Shown: piece after piece, positions 11,696 to 24,700 of the stretch | How positions within the stretch are numbered: position 1 is the first letter of the stretch | How the letters are laid out: each line of letters opens with the position of its first letter | Assembly (NCBI GenBank): GCA_030704615.1 | Contig: CM060734.1 | Location: 28,272,001 to 28,336,000 of the forward strand | Reading direction: 5' to 3' | From: Takakia lepidozioides | Taxonomy: Eukaryota > Plantae > Bryophyta | DNA: 64,000 nt | Position numbers and translations under genes: made by a program | The notes under the pieces: model-generated | Databases searched by the model: none | What the model saw: only the letters and a program-made list of their open reading frames with translations | Told to the model about the DNA's origin: nothing

Positions 11696-11938
11696 CTGGT
11701 GGTTAGGTCCCTCTAACTCCAGATAGGTACAAGATGTAATAGCCACAGCCGTATTAAGTCCTCTATCACTGTCCCTATTGTACTCAAACTCTATAGACCA
11801 AGAGGCCGGGTACAAGAGCAACCCCATCGTTAGTTGCCGTCTTGCAATCTGTGAACTTGAGTCATGATCTCGTGGTTGGTCTCATAGTAGCTTGGCCTTG
11901 CATTTCTTGTTAGCCGTCCATGGTTATATCCACTCCCA

Positions 11939-13236
11939 CTATCCAATGCAATGCGGACATAACCAATCCCCATCAGGAACCATCTCAAGAGGTGGAGTCA
12001 AGCATCTCATATGCCAACCTCTAGAGCATTGATCACACACCAGCATGGTGGCTGCCCTTCTAGCAGACCCACACAACATGCACCTCAAACTTGCAGGTAC
12101 CACTGCCAGGTTTGGGTCAACCCTTCCATCAACATTTGGAAGGTGACATGGCGCGCAATTACGCACATGGTCCTTCCAAATCATGCCTTCCCGACCCTCC
12201 AAGATCAGAACTCCTCTCGAACCCTCAAAATAGTACGTCCTGCAGTCATATCCAAGGTCATAGGAGCAGTCTGCTGCAGATAAACATAGTCACCAGGGTT
12301 GAATCTCCGAACCCCAGGACGATAGCCCCCACCACGTATGGTAGCATACCTCAACGTATCACGATGTTGTACAATGGCAAGGTTCTCGAAAGCCATGGGC
12401 ATGACTTTCTTGAACAACTTTGCACGCTGCTCATATGCACGTGCCCACACGTCCGGATCGTCAAGGTTAAGAACTGTAGCAGCTTCTCTGCGAATGGATG
12501 TAGGCAAATCCGGCTCTCGGCCAAAGAGAAGAAAGTATGGTGAGAAGGAGGCAAGTGATGCTTGCTTGCTAAACTTGTAGCCCATGGCTAACCAGGGTAA
12601 TTGAAGGTCCCAATCTCCTAGGTGTCCCTTCTGCAAGTCATACTTGCGCAAACCCCTCTTTACTGTCTGAACAACTCTCTCTGCCAAGCCATCGGCCTCA
12701 GGATGATCCCGAGAAGTGGTACAGTGGTCTATCAAGGCTTTGTCACACAAAGCCTGAAACTCCCCCAAGAACTCTTTCCCTTGGTCCGTGAGTACCTCAG
12801 CTGGAGCACCGAATCGGCTAAGCACCCAATCCAAGAATGCATACGCAGCTCCCTCACTAGCCTTATCAGGCAATGGAACCAATTCAATCCACTTGGAGAA
12901 GTGCTCCACCATCACCAACACGTACTTGTTGTGGCGCATGGTCAGTGGCAACGGCCCTGCGAAGTCAAGACTCTACCTATAGCCCAATCCCATGATCGGA
13001 AGAGGGTGCATTTGTGGAGTAGGGGCGTTGAATGAAGCACGCACCCTGTCACACACCATGCACCTAGCCACAAATTGTTGCACCTCTGTGTGCATACCAC
13101 GCCACCAATACTGCCCCTGCAGTAGACTATGAGTGCGTCGCACCCCAAAATGCCCCAACTCCTCATGGGCATGCCGCACTAACCGTGCCCGCTGTGTTGG
13201 GTGAGGCACAATCCTCACTCGACCATCCTCCCACAC
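11939..13236 (-). pseudogene. Integrase (HHCC, DDE) with C-terminal PHD finger, frameshifted
   Basis: HEELGHFG..CMVC; VLTDQGKEF..GLAERVVQT; CMLCGSARRAATMLVCDQCSRGWHMRCLTPPLEMVPDGDWLCPHC (C4HC3). Confidence 0.9.
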
Positions 13237-13299
13237 TCGGAGCAGGTGTGTCCCCTCCCACTTGAACCTCTTGGCTCGTTGTAGGATCCGATCCCTCTC

Positions 13300-15263
13300 C
13301 TAGGCAGTCACAGTGGCTGTAGTGTCTCCAGTGCGGAGGTAATCCAACACAACTGAATCCTCATGTATATCTTTGGCGTCACCTTGCTCATTGCTGGCCT
13401 CAGGGTCCTCAGACACTTGATCTACAGTCATCCCTGTTGCAGGTCCAACCTGGCCTTCCGCTGCCAAGATACACAGAAATGCAGATGCATGCCATCCGGG
13501 CACCATCTCCTCGTCCGTCTCACCATGCCACCGAGCTCCAGTGTCATCCTGCTGGCTCGTGCATGGATTGCGACTCAACCCATTTGCATTGCGATTGACC
13601 AAACCCGGTCGATGCACCACCTGAAAGTCATACTCTTGAAGGATGAGTGCCCACCGTGCAAGCTTCCCCGTAAGCTTGTCTGACTCCATCAACCACTTGA
13701 GTGGTTGGTGATCCGTGACAAGGGTGAAGAGATTGCCATATAGATAGCACCTGAAGTGTGCCACGGCCCACACTGCAGCTAAGCATTCTCCCTCATATGA
13801 GCTATACTTAGACTCTGCAACGTTGTTCGAGTGGCTAGCATAAGCCACTACGAACTCTCTTCCCTCATCATCCATCTGTGTGAGCACCGCTCCAAGCCCC
13901 AGCATGCTCCAATCTGTATGCAGAGTCTGAAAAGGACGCCCCCTGATAGGTCGTCTCAAGATGGGCGCCGAGGTCAACCTCGCCTTGAGCTCTGAAAAGC
14001 TTGTTCTTGCTCATCTTCCCACTGCCACTCCTGGTCCACCTTGGTCAGCTTGGTCAGAGCCTTTGCAATGGCACTAAATCCCTTAACAAACCGTCTATAA
14101 TAGTTTGCTAACCCCATGAAAGCTCGAACTCGGCTCACATCCGTGGGGCGTGGAACCTGTGCAATGGACTCTACCTTAGTCTGCTATACCCCCAATCCTC
14201 CAGGATATATCATGTGACCCAGATACTCAATCTGGTTGTGGAAAAACTTGCACTTTCCCGGATGTAACTTCAATCCGTGCGCCCTCAAGCGCTCAAATAC
14301 CCCCTGAAGGTGTCTCTCATGCTCTTCCACCGTAGCACTAAAGATGATGATGTCATCTATGTAGCACCGAGCAAACTCCACCCCTGCTAGAATCCTGTCC
14401 ATGACTCTCTGAAACTTTGCCGGAGCGTTCTTAAGCCCAAATGGTAAGAGCCGCCACTGGTATAGGCAATCCTTCCCGTGCTCATTGATCCCCCAGAATG
14501 CCGTCTTTTGCTTATCCGCCTCCTTGATCGGCAACTGGTGATATCCGGATCGTAAATCCAACGTGCTAAAGACCTTGGCATGCCCAATGGCATCAAAGAT
14601 CTCCTCTGGTGTTGGCATGGCATACCTATCGGACTTGGTCTGACGATTTACAAGCCGGTAATCACCGCACATACGTCTCTCCGTCCAATTGCCAAAGACA
14701 TCCTTCTTGGCTGGCATCACTGTGGCTGAAGCATACTCTCCCCCAGATAGCTCCACCAAACCAGCCTCCCAAAGGTCCTGAGTTCTCATCTGAATCAAGG
14801 ACCTCTCCATGTCATTGTATCTATAGGGTCTCCGAAAGATTGGCGTGTCAGTAGCCAATTCAATGCAAATCTCTTGACCCTTTAGTGCTCCTAAGTCCTT
14901 CAAACTGAAGGCAAAGCAGTTCATGTAAGCCCTCAAGAACCGCCGTATACGTCGTCTCTCTCCTCCAGTGACTATAGGTCCAACATCAGGCTCCCAGTTG
15001 TCCTCCGTGACTGCAACCTTGAGTCCAGCAGGCTTAGAGGTAGAAGACGCGTCCCGTGGTTGCTATGCTGCAATCTCTTGAGCAGTGACCACTGCCTCCT
15101 TTGTCAGTGACAATGTCTCATCCTGCCCCATCATCCCATCCTTGAGGACCTCCTCAATCCGAGAAAAATCCCCAACCTGATCCATCACCGCCGCCTTGGC
15201 TACCAACTCCTTCTGAACCTCGAGCACCTCCCACGTGTGCCATGGATGCGTCAGCTCCAAAAG
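13300..15263 (-). pseudogene. Reverse transcriptase and RNase H of the DNMT-Gypsy element
   Basis: [31 protein letters not shown]; HTDWS, YEGECLA, TDHQPL, ARWAL. Stops and frameshifts present. Confidence 0.92.
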
Positions 15264-15673
15264 CTGTGCTGTAGAAATAAATTAATTCGGTGGCTCTTGC
15301 GAGAGGGAAACATCTACAACTAATGAGTTGTGCATACCTCACACTGTGTATGATTAAATCCCTCTAAGCTAGATACAAAACCAACCCAAGCACCTAGCAT
15401 CGAGCAAGCGTGTCTTGTTCCATCTACTTGTGGGCTGATTCACACAGCCAGGGTTGATAATTTAACTTCCGCTCCTTGTTGGCATGGAATGTCTGATGCC
15501 TTGATCCTACTAAATTTTCCATTCTATAAAGTAATGCGTTTCTGGGAACTGCAGGTTTTCCTTATGAAAGCCCTTCCCCTCGCCACTCACAAAGCTGGAG
15601 CGAGACGTAAGTTTTGCAATCTTATAGACGATGTGGTGCTGCGCTCATAATGTCTGCACCTCGTGGTCCTCAC
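15264..15673 (-). other. Candidate 410-nt phase-0 GT-AG intron between MTase and RT
   Basis: CAG|GTGAGG at 15673 and TTAATTTATTTCTACAGCACAG|CTT at 15264; removal joins GGEQ to LLELTHPW in the RT frame. Confidence 0.5.
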
Positions 15674-16789
15674 CTGCTCGCCCCCACTCGCTGCCTGTAC
15701 CGTCTCGGTAGGCAGGGAGACCATGAAGGGAAGTGTACTCCGTACTCTGCGCTGCTCAGCCATAGCCAAGCTGATAATCCAGGTCAAGCAATTGAGATCC
15801 ATTGCTTGCCCCAACACCTGACGACGTGATGCCTCAGACAGAGATGACACCGCCGTGGTACTTGTGGTAAAACCCATCGCCCGCTCGCGCTCGTCAGCAT
15901 TGGGCTCCACTAATTGTTGCAACTGGCTATCCCACAAGAGGCCAGGTCCACCATCCCGAAAAACATGGGATCCTGGGAAGCTGAGCAGTGTAGGTAATGC
16001 TGCTCGTGGTTGACCCACCCTGTTGACCACTGCCAAAGGCGAACGGTCATCGTGTCTTACACGTTGAGACTGCCTCCCTGTGTCCAAAATGCTATCCACT
16101 GTGAGGTGTGCTGGCCGCTGCACCCCATCAAATGCACGCTTGAGCAGTGCGGGTGACATCAAGTCAGTCCACCATAGTCGTGGACGATGAGCCCATGACC
16201 CCACTGCAGCTGCATCCAGCAACACTGCTGACCCAAGCCACGACCGGACTTGATGCACACTGGCCATCACCCTGGCCCGAGAATCACCCATCAATGGCAC
16301 ATTCTCCAAGATGTATGCTGGAGATACAGCTTGATGAAGCTGCAAGTGGCGCAAAATCCGCACCATCTCCCAAAACAGACCCGTCCTCGAGTCTCACAAT
16401 CCATTGCCATGCCCGGCTGATGAATGCCCTTGGCAGGGCCAACCTGCCACTACCAGATCAATGGAGCCAACCCGCTCCAAATCCTGCGCCCCCAGCAACG
16501 AAATGTCTGCTGGCAAGGCTTGTTGGTATCCACGAACTGCAGACACTGGCAACAAATCAGGGTACTGCTGTACCAACTGAGCAATATGGCGCAGTGAGAC
16601 GCGTCGTGCAGTCTCATCCCTCTCCACATACAGGTAACGTTGAACTCGTACACCTGCCTGCAGTACTGCAACCAATCCAGTGCTGATCCCGCCAAACAAG
16701 TCCAGAAGGCATATGCCTTCATCCGGACACTGCCACACAAGAGGTGTGGTGTCCAATGGCGACAACTGAGGTGGTCCTAGTGCAATCAC
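15674..16789 (-). pseudogene. C5 cytosine DNA methyltransferase domain within pol (one in-frame stop at 16394-16396)
   Basis: Motif I LDLFGG, II YVERD, IV AGWPCQG, VI ILENV, VIII HRPRLWW, IX ERERAMGF, X RQVLGQAM. Confidence 0.92.
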
Positions 16790-16826
16790 CGCACTCTCCT
16801 CTTCTCCTGACGGTACGAAGGCCTAC

Positions 16827-19623
16827 CTAGACTTGTTGTACCCGTTCATCAGCAGCCTGCAAATCCTTGCTCGTACCCCATAATGGAGTGTGAGAAACCA
16901 TGGCAGGCAACTCCGCCGTACCATGCATGTCATCCTGCTCTGCTGGAGGTGGCACATCCTCTGCATGGGCATTGCCTTCCATTAACTCTCCAGGCCAACT
17001 AACTGCAGCTGTAAAGGCGGCTAGTGTTGGCATCTTGCCCCGCTGGGCAGCCGCAATACCCCCAATGAATGTCACAGGGAGCTGTGCACGACGACCATCC
17101 CCTGACTGCCATCCAGGCCTGTAGGATGCTGACTCCTCCCAAAAGTCCAGGGTGAAGCCCATGGGATATAACACTGCCCCACCAATAAGGACATCGTAAG
17201 AGACCGCGTCTGTCACAATGGCCTTGGCTCGCATCACTGAGCCATCTACAAGATGATCTGGTTGTAGTCCAATGGCCAACTCACGCCGTGTCATGCCCCG
17301 AGCCTGCTCTGATCCTCCCAGAGATGTCTATATCTGTAAAGGACAAGGCTCTATATCCGCCTCCATGAGGCCCAAACCTGCAATAGCAGCTCTGCCTAAC
17401 ATCAGTGGCTGAGCTCCTGAGTCCAACAAGACCCGCAGTGGCCGGTACTTCTTGCCTGCTGGTCCACTCAAAGTGAAAATGTCTCTCTGGTTGTCTAACA
17501 AGACAACTCCAGGTGTCACCATGGCGCGCTCAAAGGTTGGCCTAGCTGGCAGCTCCGTCAACCTGGCAGTTGCAGCTTGCCATGGCGCAGCCGTGGCAGT
17601 CTTGACCCTCAAATCCGAGGATCCCTCTGCCACTACACCTTCCAATAACTCCGCAGAAGATGAAGTGACCTCCCCACTCTCGCAGAGTGTTGCTGCTAGT
17701 CTGAACACTGCAGCTGGTCTTACCCCCGGTGTCGCAATCATGGTTGCCGAGAACAGTGGGGCTTGACACACAAAGGTGGCTGCCCCCAATAACACACCGG
17801 CTGCACTAGCCTTGGTAGCAGGTGTCACTGCTGCACGTGTAGCTCTCCCCAATGGCATAGTAATCTCCGCCTCGGTAACAGTCGGGCGAGAACTAGGTGC
17901 CATGGATGGCATCGTCACTGTCTCCGCCAATGTGAATGACTGAGGAAGCCTCGCCTGACGGCTTGCCTCCCCACGCTGTGGATCCAATTCCACCTCTGCA
18001 CCTCGTGGCTCAGGAACTCGTGCTGCTCCTCGAGTCACGGCTGCAGCATACTCCACCTGCACTAGTGGTAGTGTTGCTCCGCATATGAATCTCATGCCTC
18101 CCATATCTCCTCCCTCAGGAGCAGGAGGTGGACCATCCCGCCTGGGAGCTGGTACCACCTGAGCTGTAGCCATGGCAGCGAGCCTCTGCTCTAGCTGCTG
18201 AAGCCGGTTGGCCATGTCTTGGTCAACACCCTGACCTCCGCGTCCTTGGCCATGTTGAGCTTGCCCTTGGCCTGCACCTCGTGCCCGACCACCTCGTCCT
18301 CTCTGGGCTGGTCCACCTTGCCCCCGGCCACCATTGTTCCCTTGGAACTGGCCTGGGCGCAACTCAGGGTGCAAGTCATAACACTGGGCATCTCCATGCC
18401 CATACTTGCCACAATGCCCACACTACAACTGTGCAGGCTGTGCTTCTGCCACTCTCTGGGCAATCTCTCTTGACATGGGGTCCTCCACATGTCCAACATA
18501 TCACCCCTGGTTGCTGTTGGCATGCAAAAGATGTCACGGGCCTCTGCACCTGAGGTCCCCTGTAAGCTCCATGGAACTTGGGTTGGGCAACCTTGCCCCC
18601 CTGACCACGCTGTTGGGCAGTCCCTTGTACCTGTTGGCTAGCAGGTGCACCTCGTGCAGGCATGTCCTTGCCAAATCCAATGGTAACAACTCGCTCCTCC
18701 ACCATGTTGAGCTCAATCCGCTCAGCCAGCAGAAACACATCCGCTAATGTGGGTTGGGCCGCTTGTAACAGGGTTGCATCCCGCACCCTTCTCTTGAGCT
18801 CCTTGTCCAAAATTCCATACCAGAACTGGACTACCTGAGCTTCAGTAACCCCTTGGGTCACACTTATCAAGCGCCTCATACGAGTGTAGGCCTCTCGCAG
18901 GCTCTCACTGGATTTGCGCTTGAAGTCTTGCAAACTTCGCAGCTTCTTTGTCCGTACACCTTGGTAGTTCCTCCGCTACTCCTGGAAGAACTCCACCACC
19001 GGGTTGAATCTAGGCACATGTGTTGTAATTGTGGCAGGAGGAGTAGTAGCACCTTTTGAACTGGTACCACCTGCAGAAGTGCCGGCACTACTTGTTCCAC
19101 TACTAGTGCTTATAGTTGGAGATGTTTGTGTAGCTGCTGGTGTCACCGCTGCCCTTGTGCCTCTAGTGATTGAGACATAGTTAGGTGACCAATACTCTCG
19201 CCACTCCTCAATCTCCACCGCATGTCCCCGCCTAAATTCATGGTAATCATCCACGGGCGGCCCCTCAAGGTGCTGGAATAGCCTCTTCCACGCCATAAAG
19301 GGCGTAAACAGTTGTGGATTGCGCATTTGCTACAAATCACACCAATTGTCAAACTCTTGTATAAAGTCATCAAGCTCGATGGTGCCCACAGCTCCAGAGT
19401 ACCTACGTGGCCCCTTGGTAGCTCCATACATCTCCTCCATCGTGTCCCACAACAATTGCACGGAAATGACTTGCACCCTCGGCGAGAATACTCCTGACTC
19501 CGAGTCTGAACCTTCCTCAGAAGACACTGAAGGTGAAAATGGCCTAAACCGCACACCTTGTCTTGTGTACCCACTAGTATCGCTGGTGCTTGTACCGGCA
19601 CTCCCCTCAGCAGCTGGTGGCAC
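16827..19623 (-). pseudogene. Gag (two zinc knuckles) and aspartic protease of the DNMT-Gypsy element
   Basis: CWTCGGPHVKRDC, CGHCGKYGHGDAQC, VLLDSGAQPL, DVLIGG. Confidence 0.85.
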
Positions 19624-20289
19624 TTCCGTGATGAAAACTCACAACCCAACCGGTTGTCAACCTGTCTCTAATCCCCACTTTCTACAAGGTAACCGGGTAA
19701 AGAACCTATTGCGGCTACTGGTTCAAGCAGGAATAATAGATTTCTAACGTAGACCTGTACCTGCACCTGCATCCACCGCAAGCACTCATATGGTCTGCTG
19801 GTCATCAACCCAGCCTCACCATAGAAAGAAACACTGGTGGTTTTGCTCGTCATCACTCCAGCCTCACCACCGACAACATACTCTAGGATTGGCCGGTGAT
19901 CAAATCCGGACCAACCTCCTATGAAAACAAGTGCCCACACAAAGCTAACATGGCGCACAATCAAGCATGTAGGTGTGGAGGGGATCCAAACACAAGAAAA
20001 TCAAGACAACAACTCCCCCACAGCAAAAACACTCCACAGTGTCGCTCCTGCAAGGACACCCCAGCCCAAACCCGGACTGACTCTTGCCTCCACCTACGGA
20101 AAGGTTTTGGCCTATAGAGAGGGTGAAAGACTATGGAGAAGAGAAACTAAAGCAATTCCTAACCCCAGAATGCTCTCATCCCACCACTCTCACTCCTGTC
20201 TCTATCCACTCGCTTGTATGGCCATGGCAAGTATCCTTCTATATCCCTCAATCAATCCTTCAAGAGCTCTTCAACATTGTCCACCAAAG

Positions 20290-20835
20290 CTCCTCAAAGG
20301 GTCCTCCAAGGACCCCAAAGATCCTCCAAACACTCCTCCAAGGACCCCAAAGATCCTCCAAATACTCCTCCAAAGGCCCTCAAATATCTTCCAAACAATC
20401 CTCCAAAGGCCCTTAAATTTCACTAAGTCCTTTCACTGTTGATACCTTAATAGAGGTATAGTCTGAGGTTGCTAGGGTCCCTTATGTTGATGATACCTTT
20501 ACAGAGGTATAGTCTGAAAATGAGGGTTCTGTTTGGTATACTAACAGAGGTATAGTCTGAGCTGATTAGGGTCCACATATGGTGATACCTCAACAGAGGT
20601 ATAGTAAAAGGGACAAGCTCCTGTTTGGTATACTAACAGAGGTATAGTCTGAGCTGATTAGGGTTCACATATGGTGATACCTCAATAGAGGTATAGTAAA
20701 ATGGACAAGCTCATGTTTGGTATACTAACAGAGGTATAGTCTCACATTAGGGTTCACATATGGTGATACCTCAACAGAGGTATAGTCAAAGGGACAAGCT
20801 CCTATTTGGTATACTAACAGAGGTATAGTCTGAGC
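20290..20835. repeat. Tandem repeats in the 5' leader (~32-bp units, then about nine ATACC/T..AGAGGTATAGT units at ~43-50 bp)
   Basis: CTCCAAGGACCCCAAAGATCCTCCAAA repeats at 20300-20410; AGAGGTATAGT repeats at 20452-20829. Confidence 0.85.
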
Positions 20836-21653
20836 ATACACTACTAGGGTTTGTAATGAAGAGCTAGAATGCAAGTCCTTGACTTCTATGCTTCTACTCA
20901 AGCAAAAATATGGTCTCTAGGTTGTCGCGGCCCTTTGCCTTGAAGGCAAGGGGGTCGGGACACATGAGGGGTTGCCCCTGTGGTGGGGGCAGCGGCAGCG
21001 ATAGGTATGGGGGGCTGAAGCACCCTTGAGTGCCCAAGGCACCCAAGGAGGCGGAGGCGCTCACTAGGTGGAGCCCCGCACACCGGGTTGCGGTGGGGGT
21101 GGCTCCACAAGGGGTGGTGGTAGCTTAGCGGGACTTAGTGGGGGTGGCATAGGACTCACCATGGGGGCGGAGACCTCGTGGTGGAAGTCGTGGGGAGTCT
21201 TGGGACTCATCACAGTCCATAGGGGCCGTAGTGAGTGGGCCAAGACTCACCGCGACTCATCACCGGGAGTCGAGGGTTTTCGTGGTGGTTCGCCATAAAA
21301 TGGCATGGCTGGTTGTGAAACCCCCGCGGACAGCTACAAAAGTATATATAAGGGGAGTAGTGACCCCGAGAACGGTGCAAGCCCGTTGGTGACCAAAAAC
21401 TAGTGAGTAAGCGAGCGAGCCGGAAAGCGACCAAAGAGTGGGGAGCTGTTCCGGACTGCCATCTACCAAAGGGAATTCTCCTAGTCCCAAATAGGTGGAG
21501 GGTTTAGTGGGAAGCGAAGGGGGACCGTTATGTCCCGGTGAGCAGCCGAAGCTCCAAGTTGGCCCGGGCGGCCAGGTTGGGAGTCAGGCGCGCGCATCAA
21601 AGCGAGTAACTATGACTTGAAGGGGAGCTTATCGAAGTGAGGTGCGCGACACT

Positions 21654-21665
21654 TGGTATCAGAGC
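21654..21665 (+). promoter_or_regulatory. Primer binding site, initiator tRNA-Met
   Basis: TGGTATCAGAGC two nt after the 5' LTR. Confidence 0.92.
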
Positions 21666-21706
21666 TTAGAGTTCAGTACGCGATCGTCCTTGGGATTGGC
21701 CTCATC

Positions 21707-24700
21707 ATGGGGTCGGGCAAGCCAAAGCGAAAGCGGAACGGCCCAAAAGATGATGATCCTGGTGAGCCCGATGGGGGCGACGTGTCACCGAAGCGGCCGT
21801 TTGAGGAAGCGACGCAGGTTTCTGAAAGCGAGGCCGCTCAAGAGCGGGAGGAATCCGAGGAGTCGGAGCCCGAGGAATCCGTGAGAGCTCCGACCGACCA
21901 ACAGATGCCTCCCATGCCGACAGTCTTTTGGGAAGGGTTGTTGGCGCAGTTTGGCGGGACGTTGAAAGACGTGTTGAAGGCGGCTAATGCCACTTCCACT
22001 AAGGCAAAGTTTAAGGTGAAGCCTAAGGAACCCGGCACCTTCGAGGGCGTCCGAAATCGGAAGGCACTCAACACCTGGCTCCTGGAGCTAGAGCAGTACT
22101 TCCGGGCAACCAAGTTGAGTGACGAGGATCGGGTGGAAGTGGCTCCCACCTATTTGAGGGGCTATGCTCAACAATGGTGGCAGAAACGCCTTCACGACCG
22201 AGGCCCAAGCCCGGAAACGTTGAACTGGAGTGGGTTCAAGGAATTGATGAAGAGATAGTTTGTGCCCCTCAACGCGTCCTGGCTTGCCCGGGACAAGATG
22301 AGGAATTTGAAGCAAACAGATGACATTCGGGGGTATGTCCAGGCTTTCAATGTGCTGTTGCTCGAAGTCGCGGACATGGCAGAACCAGAAATGGTCTTCA
22401 ACTTTGTGGCGGGACTGGCCCCATGGGCCAAGCGGAAGTTGGAGGAGAAGCCACCCAAGACTTTGAACGAGGCAATTGAGAGGGCTGAATGTTTCTCGGA
22501 TGTCCCTAGGGGTGAGAGACAAGGCCGTACGGAGCTGAACCACAAGAAGACCCGGCGGGAAGGTGACTCCTCCCGACCGGAAAAGAAGTGGGATAGGCCA
22601 CGCGGCGACAATGGCACGTGGAAATCGAAGGGAAGGCCTTCACACGTCAAGGCGACACCCGGTGCTTCGAAAGGAAAAGCGGGTGGAGCGGCTTATGGCG
22701 GACAGAAGGCGACCTTTGATGGAGTGTGTTTCAATTGCGGGGAGCCCGGGCACATGGCCAAGAAGTGCACAAAACCTCGACAATTGAACATGACTCGGGC
22801 AACCACGGAGCTGTCAGAAGATACCATCAGTCGCTTGGTGGAAGCGGTGGTCGCCAGGACTTGCAAGGTAGGCAACTATTCTTGTGAGTTGTATCAGGAA
22901 ACTGGCGCCCTGCGTAAAGGGAGTCAGTTATTGTTCGTGGATGGGATAATATCCGGAACTAACGTGTCGTTGTTGGTGGACACAGGAGCGTCGCACTCCT
23001 TCATGACGCCGGCGGCGGCGCGAAAGTTGGGACTCCCGACAAGTGACGTGGGGGCCTCTATTGAGGTGCGTTCTGCCAAAGGAGAACCACAGTTGGCGAC
23101 AAGGTTGGCGTTTGATGTTCCTCTTCAACTGGGGAGTTGGGAAGGATGTGAGAACTTCACCATCTGCGAGATCGATGGAGTGGATCTCATTTTGGGGATG
23201 ACCTTTTTGAGCAAATCCGGAGCGGTCATAGATGGCCGCAAGAGAGTAGTCACGCTGCCATGTGGGAATGGTGGCGAGGTTTTACGAGTGTCGGAAACGC
23301 CCAAATCCGTGGGAGGGCGAATAAACCTTCTGTCAGCAAAGGAGTGGGCCGTGGAGGAGGCACACGAGCCCCAATTTTTGCTTTACATTAGAGAAGTGAA
23401 AGGAGAAGGCGATGGGGAGCCGAGCCCAGATTGGATCAAGGGGATTTTGGAGAAATACCAGGATGTGATGCTGGAGGATTTACCAAGCGGCTTGCCACCG
23501 CGAAGAGGAGTTGACCACAAGATTGAGGTGATACCGGGATCGGAACCGCCTGCCAAGGCGCCCTACCGGTTGAGCCACAGAGAGTTGGTCGAGCTGAAGA
23601 CTCAGCTCAAGGATCTAATGTCAAAGGGGTATATCCGGCCGAGTAAGTCAGCTTACGGAGCCCCGGTGCTATTTGCAGACAAGAAGGATGGGACGCTGCG
23701 GATGTGTGTCGATTACAGGGCTCTGAATAAGGTGACTATTAAAAACCGGTAACCTTTGCCAAGGATCGACGACCTCTTCGATCGGTTGGCAGGAGCGAAG
23801 TATTTCAGCCGGATCGACTTGCGCTCCGGCTATCATCAAATTCGGGTGGCGGAAGGAGATGAGGAGAAGACCGCGTGCAGGACAAGGTATGGTTCATATG
23901 AGTTCTTGGTGATGCCTTTTGGGCTCACCAATGCACCAGCGACATTTAGCACGCTGATGAACAGCCTTTTCCAGGAGTGGTTGGATGACTTTGTGATTGT
24001 GTACATCGACGACATCTTGGTGTACTCGAAAACAAAGGAAGAACACCTGGAGCACCTAAAAAGGGTGTTCCAAAAATAGCGAGAAGGGAAGCTGTATGCC
24101 AAAGCTTCAAAGTGCGAATTCGGGGTCACAAAAGTGGAGTTCCTGGGGCATGTGATTACACAGGATGGGATCAAAATGGATGACAAAAAGGTGAGGGCGA
24201 TCTTGGACTGGGAACCTCCGACTTCGGTCCCGGGAGTGCGATCCTTCCTAGGACTCGCCTCCTATTACCGGAAGTATGTGAGAAATTTCGCCAAGATCGC
24301 GGGGCCGTTGTCGGACCTTCTGTGTAAATCCAAAGTCTGGGAATGGAATACATTTTGTGGCCAAGCTTTTGCTGAATTGAAGCAGCGGATGGCGGTAGCT
24401 CCAGTCTTGAAAATCCCGGAGTTCGATCGTCCATTTGAGATTCATACAGATGCGTCGGACTTCGCGATTGGGGGTGTATTTATGCAAGATGGACGTCCAG
24501 TGGCTTACGAAAGTAAGAAACTGAATGAAGTGGAGCGACGGTGGCCGACGCACGAAAAAGAGATGAAGGCGGTGGTGCATTGCCTCGAGCTTTGGCGCCA
24601 CTATGTTGGTTCCAACCCAGTGAAGGTGTTCACGGACAATGTCACGGTGAAGTATTTTGCCACGCAGCCCAAGTTGTCCCCAAAACAACTTAGGTGGCAA

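Noticed and set aside
15674-16789. Host DNMT3/DRM gene
   Set aside because: Lies between retroviral protease and RT, has no introns within the domain and recurs next to the protease at 61555-61930.
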